Sequence record: PP968062.1
Strand: one strand, 5' to 3'
Length of the DNA stretch: 64,000 nt
Part shown: positions 9,071 through 17,978 of the stretch, piece after piece
Layout: the number at the start of each line of letters is the position of its first letter
Numbering within the stretch: position 1 is the stretch's first letter
The notes under the pieces: generated by a model
Told to the model about the DNA's origin: nothing
The model's database searches: none
The model's input: the letters and a program-made list of their open reading frames with translations, nothing else
Made by a program: the position numbers and the translations under genes

Positions 9071-9621
9071 TGCTGTTGTACCGGTGTCAGTTGTTTGAGA
9101 GCATTGATGATACGGTGAACAGTATCACGTGCCAGTTCTCGGGTATGGAAGTTATTGGATATTTGGTAACGCAGTTCGACTTCCCCAGTTTCAGAGTTAC
9201 GGTCGAAATCTTTTACGATGTATTCACTATCCAGAATAGCTTCCACCATTTCTTTGTTGAGGTCGAACTCAGCGATAGTTGGTGAAACCAAACGACCCTG
9301 GAGATTTCTGATTACCTCATTGCGGAATGCAATGGCGCCTTCGGCAATCTCCAGTCGCTCTTCGATGGCGATAAACGGATTCTTCCAGAGTTCGGTTTCC
9401 ATGGTAGGACGAACAGAGGCTTTCTCCCATGCAATGCACCAGTAGTACCAACGTTCTTGGATTTCTTCGTTGGCTTTATCGAATGCAGCTATCGCGTTTT
9501 TATTACGATGGCAATCCAGAGGACGAGTATCCTTCGGAAGCCAGGTGTCAGTCTTCTCGTGGTAAACGAAACGATCAACACCGGGAGTTACGGCTTGGAA
9601 TTCCTTCAATTTTTTATCCAT
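9067..9621 (-). CDS. hypothetical protein
   Basis: 184 aa, first gene after an intergenic gap. Confidence 0.7.
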   Translation of the reverse strand: MDKKLKEFQAVTPGVDRFVYHEKTDTWLPKDTRPLDCHRNKNAIAAFDKANEEIQERWYYWCIAWEKASVRPTMETELWKNPFIAIEERLEIAEGAIAFRNEVIRNLQGRLVSPTIAEFDLNKEMVEAILDSEYIVKDFDRNSETGEVELRYQISNNFHTRELARDTVHRIINALKQLTPVQQQ

Positions 9622-9749
9622 GTGAAATAATACCTATTGGTTGATAGTATGTAAGAAGATTACGCGTTATTTCTTATTCCTACTGCTGGGTGTTTGCCCG
9701 AAACGCGCAATGCTTGAGACGAACTCTTGGGCGAAAAGAGATGGTATTT

Positions 9750-9783
9750 AGCCCCTACCTTCGGGTAGGGGCTTTATGCCGTT
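9750..9783. terminator. bidirectional terminator
   Basis: AGCCCCTACC-ttcg-GGTAGGGGCT-TTATGCCG. Confidence 0.8.
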
Positions 9784-10066
9784 AACCGACAATAAGACCC
9801 TCAAGCATTAGGGTTTCGGTGTCGGACGCAGGTTGAGTCAGACGAGTTACACGAATGTAGTTCGTCCAGTCACTCCTGTCATAACAACAGCTGCAACCAC
9901 GGACCTTGATGTTGACAGCTTCGATTTCGAAATCATCGAGCTTGATTTCTTTACCGAAGTGATCGACCATGCGTTGGAACAACTTACCGAAGGAGAACGT
10001 TTCGTACTCGCAATCGATGTGGAGGACATCGACAGTGTCCACCGGGGGATTGTAACTACTGCTCAT
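9782..10066 (-). CDS. hypothetical protein (94 aa)
   Basis: AAGGAG RBS before ATG 10066 (MSSSYNPP); GCSCC motif. Confidence 0.65.
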   Translation of the reverse strand: MSSSYNPPVDTVDVLHIDCEYETFSFGKLFQRMVDHFGKEIKLDDFEIEAVNIKVRGCSCCYDRSDWTNYIRVTRLTQPASDTETLMLEGLIVG

Positions 10067-10394
10067 TAGCCATCTCCTTACGTTTGTTTTTGGCCCAGTT
10101 CTTTTCATACTTCGAACTGATGAATTTCGCAGCGCCTGCGTTCAGCCAGTAGCGTTCGCCTTTGAGATAGCGTTCACGTTTGGCACGGGTCAGGCGAAGA
10201 GGGTCGAACATGTCCTGCTGGTCACACATGTATCGATTCCGCAGGAAGCAGTTGTCGTTCAGAATGCGAACGCTGTACAACTGACCGAGTCGGCAATTCG
10301 CAAGAATTGCTTTCTCAGTACGCAGACGACGTTCGTATTCCTGGGCATCTGCTTTACGAGAACGAGGATGCTTTCTTCCGAGTTTCTGAGACAT
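10056..10394 (-). CDS. basic hypothetical protein
   Basis: 112 aa, R/K-rich. Confidence 0.65.
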   Translation of the reverse strand: MSQKLGRKHPRSRKADAQEYERRLRTEKAILANCRLGQLYSVRILNDNCFLRNRYMCDQQDMFDPLRLTRAKRERYLKGERYWLNAGAAKFISSKYEKNWAKNKRKEMANEQ

Positions 10395-10405
10395 TGTGGT
10401 TTTTC

Positions 10406-10711
10406 CTATTCCGTTGGTTTACGAAAAATCTTATCATGGAAAGTCATCGCTAACACGACACCTACGGAGCCACCTAGTCCACTGGATATAATAGCGGGAA
10501 GACCCACTATTACAAATAGACCAATGGTGGTTAGCTCAAGGGTACTGATACCCCACGAGGTGAAGAAAGCTGCTTTTTTGTATCCATGAAAGATGTTTCT
10601 TTGTTGAAAGGTTTTTACAAAGGCGTAGATGAACGACGTGGCCGTACTTAACAGTAGTAATACCCAGACAGGTAGATCATGATTAATGTTAATCACTTCT
10701 CTTGTTCCCAC
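10406..10711 (-). CDS. small multi-pass membrane protein
   Basis: Three hydrophobic segments. Confidence 0.65.
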   Translation of the reverse strand: MGTREVININHDLPVWVLLLLSTATSFIYAFVKTFQQRNIFHGYKKAAFFTSWGISTLELTTIGLFVIVGLPAIISSGLGGSVGVVLAMTFHDKIFRKPTE

Positions 10712-11721
10712 TTGGTAGGTTCACGTTTACTACGTTGGACTTTATGGATACCTTCCAATTGGTAACCACGGCCAGTTGCTTTGTAGCTGTGTTCCTGATC
10801 CACACGTGCATGGAAAGCCAGGAGGGCTTCGATCGGAGCTTCCACCGGGAAGTACTCGGTGTTGTTGCAGTCCCAACCGAATTCCCACACACCTTCGCGA
10901 ACTTCGTAGCTGTTATCGGTGAGGTAGGTGATGTTGATCGTGTGTGTAGTAGCATTGGCACCGTTGAAGAAAAACGAACCTTCGGTAGCACGAACATCAA
11001 TGCGACCATCATCGATGGTATCCTGATAGTAGAAGCCACGCTTGAAGAAGAACTGAAGCATTGCATTGAAGTAACTGTTCAATACAGCCACTGCGTTAGC
11101 ATCTTCGACTACCCATTTACCATCAACAATCTTGTTCAGATAGTCGCGGTCATGTTGGATACCGAAGTCATTCACGATATCGGCATACAGCTTGTGGTGT
11201 TGAGCAACTTCATACAGACGCTCCAGGGTAGCCCAACGGAGCACACCAGTGGGATGGAGACCCAGCATGATGCGACCGATGTTCCACATGCCAGCACCGT
11301 TGGCTTTGTAGCTCTCGTCCAGGTAGCCTTTGACTTGGGCACCGGGAGAGAGTTCGTCAGCCGGGAAACCAGATGCAGTACGAATGCGGATAACGTTCAG
11401 TACCGCTTCGGGTTCTTTCATGTCCAGCAGGTCAACGCCGAAGGTAGTCCAGCTACCACGGATCTTGTGCTGATACGCAACGCGAACGGTCCCACCGAAC
11501 GGAGTAACGAACCAACGGGCGTCTTCATTGATGACCATGTGGACACCACAGTTCCACAGCGCAGCCAGAGGATCAGTGGATGCCAGGATACGCTTGGTAT
11601 CGTTCTCTTCGCTTTCGGTAGCTTCAGGGCTGGCGCGGAGATGAGTCAAGAGGAACAGGATGGCGGAGTCGTTGGTTTGGGTATTGAGCATTGCACGAGT
11701 CAGGGATGCATTGATGATCAT
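10693..11721 (-). CDS. hypothetical protein
   Basis: 342 aa, phage-typical codon usage, AAGGA RBS. Confidence 0.75.
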   Translation of the reverse strand: MIINASLTRAMLNTQTNDSAILFLLTHLRASPEATESEENDTKRILASTDPLAALWNCGVHMVINEDARWFVTPFGGTVRVAYQHKIRGSWTTFGVDLLDMKEPEAVLNVIRIRTASGFPADELSPGAQVKGYLDESYKANGAGMWNIGRIMLGLHPTGVLRWATLERLYEVAQHHKLYADIVNDFGIQHDRDYLNKIVDGKWVVEDANAVAVLNSYFNAMLQFFFKRGFYYQDTIDDGRIDVRATEGSFFFNGANATTHTINITYLTDNSYEVREGVWEFGWDCNNTEYFPVEAPIEALLAFHARVDQEHSYKATGRGYQLEGIHKVQRSKREPTKWEQEK

Positions 11722-11736
11722 TTCGTAATTTCCTTT

Positions 11737-11937
11737 TTACAGAGTGTTGAGGGTGATGAAGGTATACTGTCCCAGGGCGAAAGCACCGAAGAGGCAGAAT
11801 CCGAATTGGGCTATATCCCGACCACCATTTTTCTCATTGGAACTGAGATAGGTGAGGACCCCGCAGCAGAAGCAGAGGATACCAAGGATGACGAACAGGG
11901 CATAATGGAAAATTCCTACAGTTTCACACATTTTCAA
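11737..11937 (-). CDS. small membrane protein (2 TM)
   Basis: AAAGG RBS; two hydrophobic helices. Confidence 0.6.
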   Translation of the reverse strand: MKMCETVGIFHYALFVILGILCFCCGVLTYLSSNEKNGGRDIAQFGFCLFGAFALGQYTFITLNTL

Positions 11938-11970
11938 TTTCCTTTTTGCGTTATAAAAGAGACACGGTAT

Positions 11971-12001
11971 AAAAATAAAAAAGGGGACCCGAAGGTCCCC
12001 T
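11971..12001 (-). terminator. intrinsic terminator
   Basis: AGGGGACC/GGTCCCCT stem, T-tract on minus strand. Confidence 0.8.
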
Positions 12002-12005
12002 GGTG

Positions 12006-12638
12006 TTACGCGGCTACCTGAGTGTAGGCCAAAGCATTACACTTCGGCTTACTCGGAGAGACCTCACTGAAGAACATCACGCGATCGTTGATGTACTCGC
12101 GGGCCAGTTCTTCAGATTCGAAGAACATACCCATGGACAGTTTATCTTTCGCATCTTCCATTGCAACCGGCGTACCACGTGCTTCGATCACCACAGACCA
12201 GACACGACCACCGGTATCCATTACGGTTACCAGATGGAAGAAGATCTTGGTCGGATTAGGTAGAGCAGCGGTAGCGGGTTTGGACCACTCCGTTACAGTA
12301 CCCAGGGCCTGGACGGTCATGTCAGCAGTATTGCGCTGATGCATCCAACCTTCCACAGTCGGTACACCGTTTTTCAGGACGATGATATCATACCAGCTCG
12401 CGTTGTTACGTACGACACATCGTTCGTATTTACCACCGGCATTGACGTTACCCATGATCAACACATCGTGAAGCGGAACTTCGATGTGAGTGATCTTGGA
12501 GGTGTAATCAGGAATCAGACGATCATCGACTTTCACCCAGTTAGCTGCACGAGGATGCGCCAGTGTAGCACGAACAACGCCTTTGACAGCTTGTTCTTTG
12601 AGAGCAGCCATTACCAGAACTGCTTGAACGACGTCCAT
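12006..12638 (-). CDS. hypothetical protein
   Basis: 210 aa, AAGGAG RBS. Confidence 0.75.
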   Translation of the reverse strand: MDVVQAVLVMAALKEQAVKGVVRATLAHPRAANWVKVDDRLIPDYTSKITHIEVPLHDVLIMGNVNAGGKYERCVVRNNASWYDIIVLKNGVPTVEGWMHQRNTADMTVQALGTVTEWSKPATAALPNPTKIFFHLVTVMDTGGRVWSVVIEARGTPVAMEDAKDKLSMGMFFESEELAREYINDRVMFFSEVSPSKPKCNALAYTQVAA

Positions 12639-12647
12639 AATTACTCC

Positions 12648-12788
12648 TTAATGCATGTTTTCTATTTTGACAATATCCCACTGTGACAATTCAGTGTCAC
12701 GGTAGAACATTTGAAGTGCATCATCGATTCCCATTTGAGAGGGAGCCTCCCAGACGGTACCATTGTAACACGTGATTTTCCAGAGCAT
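12648..12788 (-). CDS. small hypothetical protein (46 aa)
   Basis: Hand-found: GGAG RBS, MLWKITCYNGTVWEAPSQMGIDDALQMFYRDTELSQWDIVKIENMH. Confidence 0.55.
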   Translation of the reverse strand: MLWKITCYNGTVWEAPSQMGIDDALQMFYRDTELSQWDIVKIENMH

Positions 12789-12822
12789 GACTACTCCATG
12801 TTAAAAGTTCTTAGGGGGCGAA

Positions 12823-13941
12823 TTATTTGATAACAACCGCTTCCGAGAGAGTTTCCATACTACCGATAACCAGTTTGGATTTCTCTTCATCGGGTTCTTC
12901 CATTGCTTCACGCAGGAGTTCACCGATAGTTTTGGGTTGAACGTCATCGCTGATTTCACGAGAACATGCCGAGTCTTCGAACATGTCGGTCATCCCGAAG
13001 TCGTCATCAAAACCAGAGTCGTAGTACGAGTCTTCCATGGAGTAACTCGATTCATCGGAAGAGTCCGAAGACTCACCGTACATCTCGTCGAAGTCATGTT
13101 CCATTTCTTTCTCGTACATCTCGCTCATCGCTTTGTTATCTTCTTCCTGTGCTTTACGACGAGAAGTCTTGTAGAACGGCAGCAGGCGTTGCAGGACTTT
13201 ATGGAACTTCTTCTTGTTGATCAACCAGCTACTGGAATAACGAGACAGTTTTACTTCAGCTGCCTTGATAGTCGGATCAGCATACATCGCTGCTATCAAT
13301 TTCTCCAGATCGTACAGATGATCCTTCGAAGGGTTGGTATACGCGGGATGCTCTTGGAGAGCGAACATCACGAACGTACGCATGTCAGTGATGAAGTACT
13401 GGTTGTGGTGCTTGTTGATCTCGACGTAGACCGGATCGGTATGACGATGGTAGTCGAACTCTTCAGCCCATGTCAGGTTGCGAACCTTAGTGGGACGAGG
13501 ACCTTCTACCCAACGAACAGTCGGATGTTTCTCACGGATGTTCCAACCATGCATGCGGTCGTATTCAGTCGGTTCTTCTTTGAACCAGGTGAAGTTACCT
13601 TCGCCACGTTCGAGGATCTTTTTACACCAGCTAATGTTGATGCTGTACTTGCGTCCTTCGATCAAGTTGCAGGGTTTATCCAGAACAGCGACATAGCTGT
13701 CATGACCATTGGCCACGATACCAAGAACGGTAGCTTCGAAGGTTTCATAACGCTGACCGGGATACACGCGTTCATTTTCGTCCAGGAAACGGAGAGAACA
13801 GGACTCGAAGATTGCACGGGTACCAGCAGGGAAATGAGCGCGGCCGAAGGGGCTCTCGGCTTTACGTTCCTTGCGACGTTCGATAACCCATTCCAGTTTT
13901 TCTTTGGTCAGACGGGTGGTGGGTTCGCGATATTGTTTCAT
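12823..13941 (-). CDS. hypothetical protein with acidic C-terminal tail
   Basis: Start re-called to MKQYREP (AAGGA RBS); D/E/S-rich last ~80 aa. Confidence 0.75.
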   Translation of the reverse strand: MKQYREPTTRLTKEKLEWVIERRKERKAESPFGRAHFPAGTRAIFESCSLRFLDENERVYPGQRYETFEATVLGIVANGHDSYVAVLDKPCNLIEGRKYSINISWCKKILERGEGNFTWFKEEPTEYDRMHGWNIREKHPTVRWVEGPRPTKVRNLTWAEEFDYHRHTDPVYVEINKHHNQYFITDMRTFVMFALQEHPAYTNPSKDHLYDLEKLIAAMYADPTIKAAEVKLSRYSSSWLINKKKFHKVLQRLLPFYKTSRRKAQEEDNKAMSEMYEKEMEHDFDEMYGESSDSSDESSYSMEDSYYDSGFDDDFGMTDMFEDSACSREISDDVQPKTIGELLREAMEEPDEEKSKLVIGSMETLSEAVVIK

Positions 13942-14008
13942 GGTAATTTCCTTTTTACATTTGGGTTTAGTTGAGTACATCTCAATGCATCCTTTCCAAG
14001 ACACATTG

Positions 14009-14035
14009 AGATGGGGTCTCCGAAGAGACCCATCT
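14009..14035. terminator. terminator
   Basis: GGGTCTC-cgaa-GAGACCC core stem. Confidence 0.7.
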
Positions 14036-14036
14036 A

Positions 14037-14639
14037 TTATTCCTGGGTCAGTTCCCCAAGACGACCTTCAGCTTTCATACGGCGGATCTCCGAAATGGAC
14101 TTACCGTATTTTGCAGCCAGTTCCTTTACGGTGCCTTCAGGGGCAGGTTTACTCATGTTGCGAAAGTTTTGCTTGGCGATGTTGTAGTTTTGAGCCTGAA
14201 GAGTTCTCAGCTCAGAACGAACCAAAGCATTGCCAATGCACTGAGAGGTGAAAGTGACCATGAAAGACTTCAGCTTATCACGGTACGTATTGACCCATGC
14301 ACAGGATTCATCCACGTGCGTGCACATGTACTCGGCGGCTTTGGCATATTCCAACAAGCCGACTGCATCTGGTCCAACATCCTGGTAAACCATTTTGTTG
14401 AAAAGGCCCAGTGCGATATCAGATGCACGTTCAGCTGTAATGAAATCGATTGCATCATTAATGATCAACGTTTCCAGATCTTTGAACTTAACCGCATCGT
14501 TTTTGATCAACGCCAGCATAGCGTCAACCTTTACGGTCAACATCATGTCTTCATTACGACGATTGACCAGTTCATTGGTCTGCTCTTGGGTGAACACATG
14601 GTCCACGTTTTGGAAGACTTTCGACAGACGACTATCCAT
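14037..14639 (-). CDS. hypothetical protein with C-terminal HTH-like motif
   Basis: GTVKELAAKYGKSISEIRRMK; GAGGA RBS; CTATGT motif at 14669-14674. Confidence 0.7.
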   Translation of the reverse strand: MDSRLSKVFQNVDHVFTQEQTNELVNRRNEDMMLTVKVDAMLALIKNDAVKFKDLETLIINDAIDFITAERASDIALGLFNKMVYQDVGPDAVGLLEYAKAAEYMCTHVDESCAWVNTYRDKLKSFMVTFTSQCIGNALVRSELRTLQAQNYNIAKQNFRNMSKPAPEGTVKELAAKYGKSISEIRRMKAEGRLGELTQE

Positions 14640-14812
14640 TTATTTATCCTCATTTACAGTGAATGCAAACATAGTACATTTCGGTTTAGCCGGATGTTGA
14701 CACCATTCCTTCGAAACCTTACCATCGGGTTTGGTCAGTTCATAATAGAACTCACCGCAAGCAGCAGCGAGTCCCATCAGAACTGCAAGAAAACCTACAC
14801 CTATTTTGGTTT

Positions 14813-15199
14813 TCACTTAGCGATGATCCGTTGTACGAAATGTTGGAGATTTGCAACCAGCCGATCGAACTCTTCCTCGGTCAGCTGATCACGATGAGAT
14901 TCCAGAAGTACTTCTACCTCCGGAAGAACGTTCAGAGCGATGTCCAGCTGGATACGCGAAATGAACTCTGCGACATCCAGTTCACGATCACGCCTGAGCC
15001 GATTCACCAACTTGCGATGTTGATCACTATTACGGTAGGCCGAGATCTTATCGATCAGGATGTCCGATATACTGCTTTCGATCTGCTGTACTTCGGTCGG
15101 ACCTTCTTCCTTGTAGGCTGCTTTTACCGCCAGAACAGCTGCTACTGCGGTAGAGGCAACAGCGACTGCAATGAGACCATACTTGATGTAGTTTTCCAT
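14813..15199 (-). CDS. single-TM hypothetical protein
   Basis: N-terminal YGLIAVAVASTAVAAVLAVKAAYK. Confidence 0.7.
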   Translation of the reverse strand: MENYIKYGLIAVAVASTAVAAVLAVKAAYKEEGPTEVQQIESSISDILIDKISAYRNSDQHRKLVNRLRRDRELDVAEFISRIQLDIALNVLPEVEVLLESHRDQLTEEEFDRLVANLQHFVQRIIAK

Positions 15200-15204
15200 G
15201 ATAT

Positions 15205-15531
15205 TTACTCCCAGCCCATTTCGGCTTTGAATTCATCAACGCGGGTATCAACGATGGCTTTATATTCGCCATCGCTATCACGCATCTCTAGTGCCATCTT
15301 GATACGAAGGCCCAGCAGGCGTCGTGAGAAATCCCTGCGCACCTTGAACTCTTGTTCACTTTCAGCGTTGATGCGAGTAATTTCGAAGAGAGCCTCCAGC
15401 TTCTTCGAGAACTCGTTGAAGTAGATCTTGTCCGTGACTTTCTGAGCCAGGATATCTACACCGATCATGATACCAGCTACGGCGAAACCAATGCCAACAC
15501 CGATCGCTACTTCTTTGAGAGTCTGGTTCAT
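15205..15531 (-). CDS. single-TM hypothetical protein (108 aa)
   Basis: Start re-called to MNQTLKEVAIGVGIGFAVAG (AGGA RBS). Confidence 0.65.
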   Translation of the reverse strand: MNQTLKEVAIGVGIGFAVAGIMIGVDILAQKVTDKIYFNEFSKKLEALFEITRINAESEQEFKVRRDFSRRLLGLRIKMALEMRDSDGEYKAIVDTRVDEFKAEMGWE

Positions 15532-15568
15532 TTTATATTTTCCTATTTTCGAATTTGGGGGATATTGC

Positions 15569-15721
15569 TTAACGCAGTTCAGCTTTGGGCTTTGCAGCTT
15601 CTTCCTTAGCTTTACGACGTTCTTCCAGCCAGTTGTTGTGGTACATGGCAACGCCAGCGAAGCCAACAACGGCGACGGCGATAAGGCCAAGTTCCAATGC
15701 GTTTTCTTTAATGAAGCTCAT
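15569..15721 (-). CDS. small single-TM protein (50 aa)
   Basis: Hand-found: MSFIKENALELGLIAVAVVGFAGVAMYHNNWLEERRKAKEEAAKPKAELR, AAGGG RBS. Confidence 0.6.
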   Translation of the reverse strand: MSFIKENALELGLIAVAVVGFAGVAMYHNNWLEERRKAKEEAAKPKAELR

Positions 15722-15726
15722 GGTGA

Positions 15727-16068
15727 TTATCCCTTCAGAGTGCTGTCGGCATTGAAGACATCGGGACCAACCGAGAGACTTCCCAGAAGATCCGGCGCGA
15801 GGTATACGGAGTTGAGAGTTTCGTAAACACCGGCAACGGCATCTACTTTGACCAGACTAGAACTACGCAGGGAAACCCACTCACCGTTGCGATAGGTTTC
15901 ACCGACCAGTACACGAACGTCATCGACGTCGTTACGGTGTGGCCACAGTACCTTGCCTTCCACCACTTCTACGTTACGTGCATGGTAGACCAGTTTACCG
16001 TTCATGCGCGCAACGATGTTCGGACGCTGAAGATCATCGATAACTTTAACAGCGACTGCCTTTTCCAT
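15727..16068 (-). CDS. hypothetical protein
   Basis: 113 aa, AAGGAG RBS. Confidence 0.7.
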   Translation of the reverse strand: MEKAVAVKVIDDLQRPNIVARMNGKLVYHARNVEVVEGKVLWPHRNDVDDVRVLVGETYRNGEWVSLRSSSLVKVDAVAGVYETLNSVYLAPDLLGSLSVGPDVFNADSTLKG

Positions 16069-16079
16069 TTTGTATCTCC

Positions 16080-16235
16080 TTATTTAGTTACAAGCATTTC
16101 TTGGCCATTCGGCCCGATACGATGACCGAGGATAACCTCGGATTCTTTTTCAACTTTCGGAGCTTCATAGGAACCACCGTAAACAACAGCAGCACCCAGA
16201 ACCATACCAACCAGAATCATTACGATAGCTTTCAT
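16080..16235 (-). CDS. small single-TM protein (51 aa)
   Basis: Hand-found: MKAIVMILVGMVLGAAVVYGGSYEAPK..., AAGGA RBS, first gene after the early promoter at 16274. Confidence 0.6.
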   Translation of the reverse strand: MKAIVMILVGMVLGAAVVYGGSYEAPKVEKESEVILGHRIGPNGQEMLVTK

Positions 16236-16264
16236 GTTGAGTTTCCTTCTCAGAATAGGGGTTT

Positions 16265-16292
16265 ATCACATTTGTAATATACGTTTCAAATG
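16265..16292 (-). promoter_or_regulatory. early promoter (TATATTAC)
   Basis: TTTGAAACG-TATATTAC-AAATGTGATA. Confidence 0.7.
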
Positions 16293-16348
16293 GATTAAAA
16301 TGTACATTCGAATGAGATAAAGGAAAGGGCTCCTAAGAGCCCATCCAG

Positions 16349-16630
16349 TTACAGCTTGTTGAGGAACTTGCGGATCTCTTCACGCAGCTCGCGCAGAGTT
16401 GCGGTCATGAGGATCTTTTCTTCTGCATCGCTGATCAGCCTTTCAGCCAGCCCTTCCAGTTCGATCTTGCGTTCGTCACTGGTGTAATGAGTCGGCAGAC
16501 GATCGTTTGCATCGCGCAGTTGTTGCAGAATTTCTTCCGCGGTGTTTTCGTCGGTCCAGGTGATAGCGATCATAGAGAGAACGCCACCGATGAGAACGCA
16601 GCCGAGACCTTTAGCGATATTGGAAAACAT
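16349..16630 (-). CDS. single-TM hypothetical protein
   Basis: Hydrophobic N-terminus, AAGGA RBS. Confidence 0.65.
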   Translation of the reverse strand: MFSNIAKGLGCVLIGGVLSMIAITWTDENTAEEILQQLRDANDRLPTHYTSDERKIELEGLAERLISDAEEKILMTATLRELREEIRKFLNKL

Positions 16631-16658
16631 GGTAAATCCTTACAGTTGGAAGTATATG

Positions 16659-16859
16659 TTAAGAGGTTGCTTCTTCGGGAGTAGCTTCGGTCGGTTCCGA
16701 TTCCGGAGTAGCGGGCGCTTCGGTTTCAGCCTCGGGTTCTGTGGCGGGGGTTTCAGCTTCCACCGGTTCCGCAGACAGGGTATCATACAACTTGTAAGCA
16801 GCGGTACCCAGAGCGAGGACAGCTGCAACAGCACCAGAGGCGATCAGAATCTTTTTCAT
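16659..16859 (-). CDS. single-TM protein with acidic E/P/A/T tail
   Basis: KILIASGAVAAVLALGTAAYK followed by EAETPATEPEAET... Confidence 0.65.
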   Translation of the reverse strand: MKKILIASGAVAAVLALGTAAYKLYDTLSAEPVEAETPATEPEAETEAPATPESEPTEATPEEATS

Positions 16860-16873
16860 GGGCGGTTTTCCTT

Positions 16874-17203
16874 TTAAGGCAGGTCTTTGTATATGACCTG
16901 TTTGATGTAATGGTCGATCCGCGGTTCAGCGGTCTTCCTGATTGGTTCGTATTCCTTGGAGAGGATTACGGTTACTTCCTCCCAACAAGCATCACGTAAT
17001 AACTCGTAACGCTTCTCGGGAGTTCCAACAAGGTACTGGCTCCTACGGAGCAAGACACAGTGATAGCTATCAATAATCTTACCAGCATCATTAACAACCT
17101 TGTTCACCATGTCGATATGGCGCTGCATCAGATAGGCAGTTCCAGCACAACAGGCTACAACCACGCCAGTCACTACAGCGCCGATGACGTAGACGGTTCT
17201 CAC
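16874..17203 (-). CDS. single-TM hypothetical protein
   Basis: GTG start overlapping the upstream TGA; hydrophobic N-terminus. Confidence 0.6.
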   Translation of the reverse strand: MRTVYVIGAVVTGVVVACCAGTAYLMQRHIDMVNKVVNDAGKIIDSYHCVLLRRSQYLVGTPEKRYELLRDACWEEVTVILSKEYEPIRKTAEPRIDHYIKQVIYKDLP

Positions 17204-17295
17204 GAACCTACTACTTCGTCGTAGATGGCACCTGCAATGTTCATTGCCATGATACCAACGGTTACCACGAAGACGGTCTTGAAGAGAGTGTTCAT
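17200..17295 (-). CDS. small hydrophobic peptide (31 aa)
   Basis: Hand-found: MNTLFKTVFVVTVGIMAMNIAGAIYDEVVGS; AAGGAG RBS; ATGA coupling. Confidence 0.5.
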   Translation of the reverse strand: MNTLFKTVFVVTVGIMAMNIAGAIYDEVVGS

Positions 17296-17402
17296 ACTTG
17301 TTCTCCTTGAGCAGCGTTGAAGACTTCGTCTACAGCCCAGCAGGCAGCGTTGACGACGATGATGCAAGCAGCGAGTTTAACACAGAAACGTGCAAGGTCC
17401 AT
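17292..17402 (-). CDS. small hydrophobic peptide (36 aa)
   Basis: Hand-found: MDLARFCVKLAACIIVVNAACWAVDEVFNAAQGEQV; AAGGAG RBS. Confidence 0.55.
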   Translation of the reverse strand: MDLARFCVKLAACIIVVNAACWAVDEVFNAAQGEQV

Positions 17403-17430
17403 GGTGAATCTCCTTGATTTGATTGGCTAT

Positions 17431-17458
17431 TATCACACTTGTAATATAGCCTTTAAAT
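17431..17458 (-). promoter_or_regulatory. early promoter (TATATTAC)
   Basis: TTTAAAGGC-TATATTAC-AAGTGTGATA. Confidence 0.7.
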
Positions 17459-17476
17459 TGGTTTGAATGTAATCGG

Positions 17477-17911
17477 TTAAACTACCGACTTGCGGGTAAT
17501 GCGTTCGATCAGGTTCTGATCAGTGATGAAGTGACCCAGTACACGACCGATGATATCATCGGCCATGTGTTCGTTGTGGATGTTCACATCAGTGCACAGG
17601 TTGTTGATCAGGCCAGCTTGGCGCTGAAGACCTTGAGTGTTAGCGATGGACTTCTTGCGATATTCCTTGATCACTTCAACGAACTGACGTTCACCGGTAA
17701 TGAAGCGACTGTTCAGACTGGAATAACGCAGGATGTTTTCCATCTTGCCGATCATGTTGTCCATGGTCGACATGTGCCACTTCCAGATATCGGACTTGAT
17801 ATCCTTGGCCAGTTCACGTTGATGGTTCATGTAGATGGCATAAGACATGTAAGCGATGAAGGCGATTACACTCAGGGCTACGATTACGTTGATTGCGATA
17901 TTCATTTTCAA
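17477..17911 (-). CDS. single-TM hypothetical protein
   Basis: N-terminal IAINVIVALSVIAFIAYMSYAIY. Confidence 0.7.
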   Translation of the reverse strand: MKMNIAINVIVALSVIAFIAYMSYAIYMNHQRELAKDIKSDIWKWHMSTMDNMIGKMENILRYSSLNSRFITGERQFVEVIKEYRKKSIANTQGLQRQAGLINNLCTDVNIHNEHMADDIIGRVLGHFITDQNLIERITRKSVV

Positions 17912-17978
17912 TTTCCTTTTGGGTTGGAGTGAAGCGACATAAAGCCCTGATCGGAATGACCAGGACTTTTAAGTTTGG

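Noticed and set aside
10702-12021. 439-aa plus-strand ORF spanning two genes and a terminator
   Set aside because: Antisense shadow; no recognisable domain; the minus-strand genes have RBSs and fit the operon
15205-15690. 161-aa ORF as called by the track
   Set aside because: The upstream part is an alternate frame of a 50-aa gene (15569-15721); the RBS supports a start at 15531
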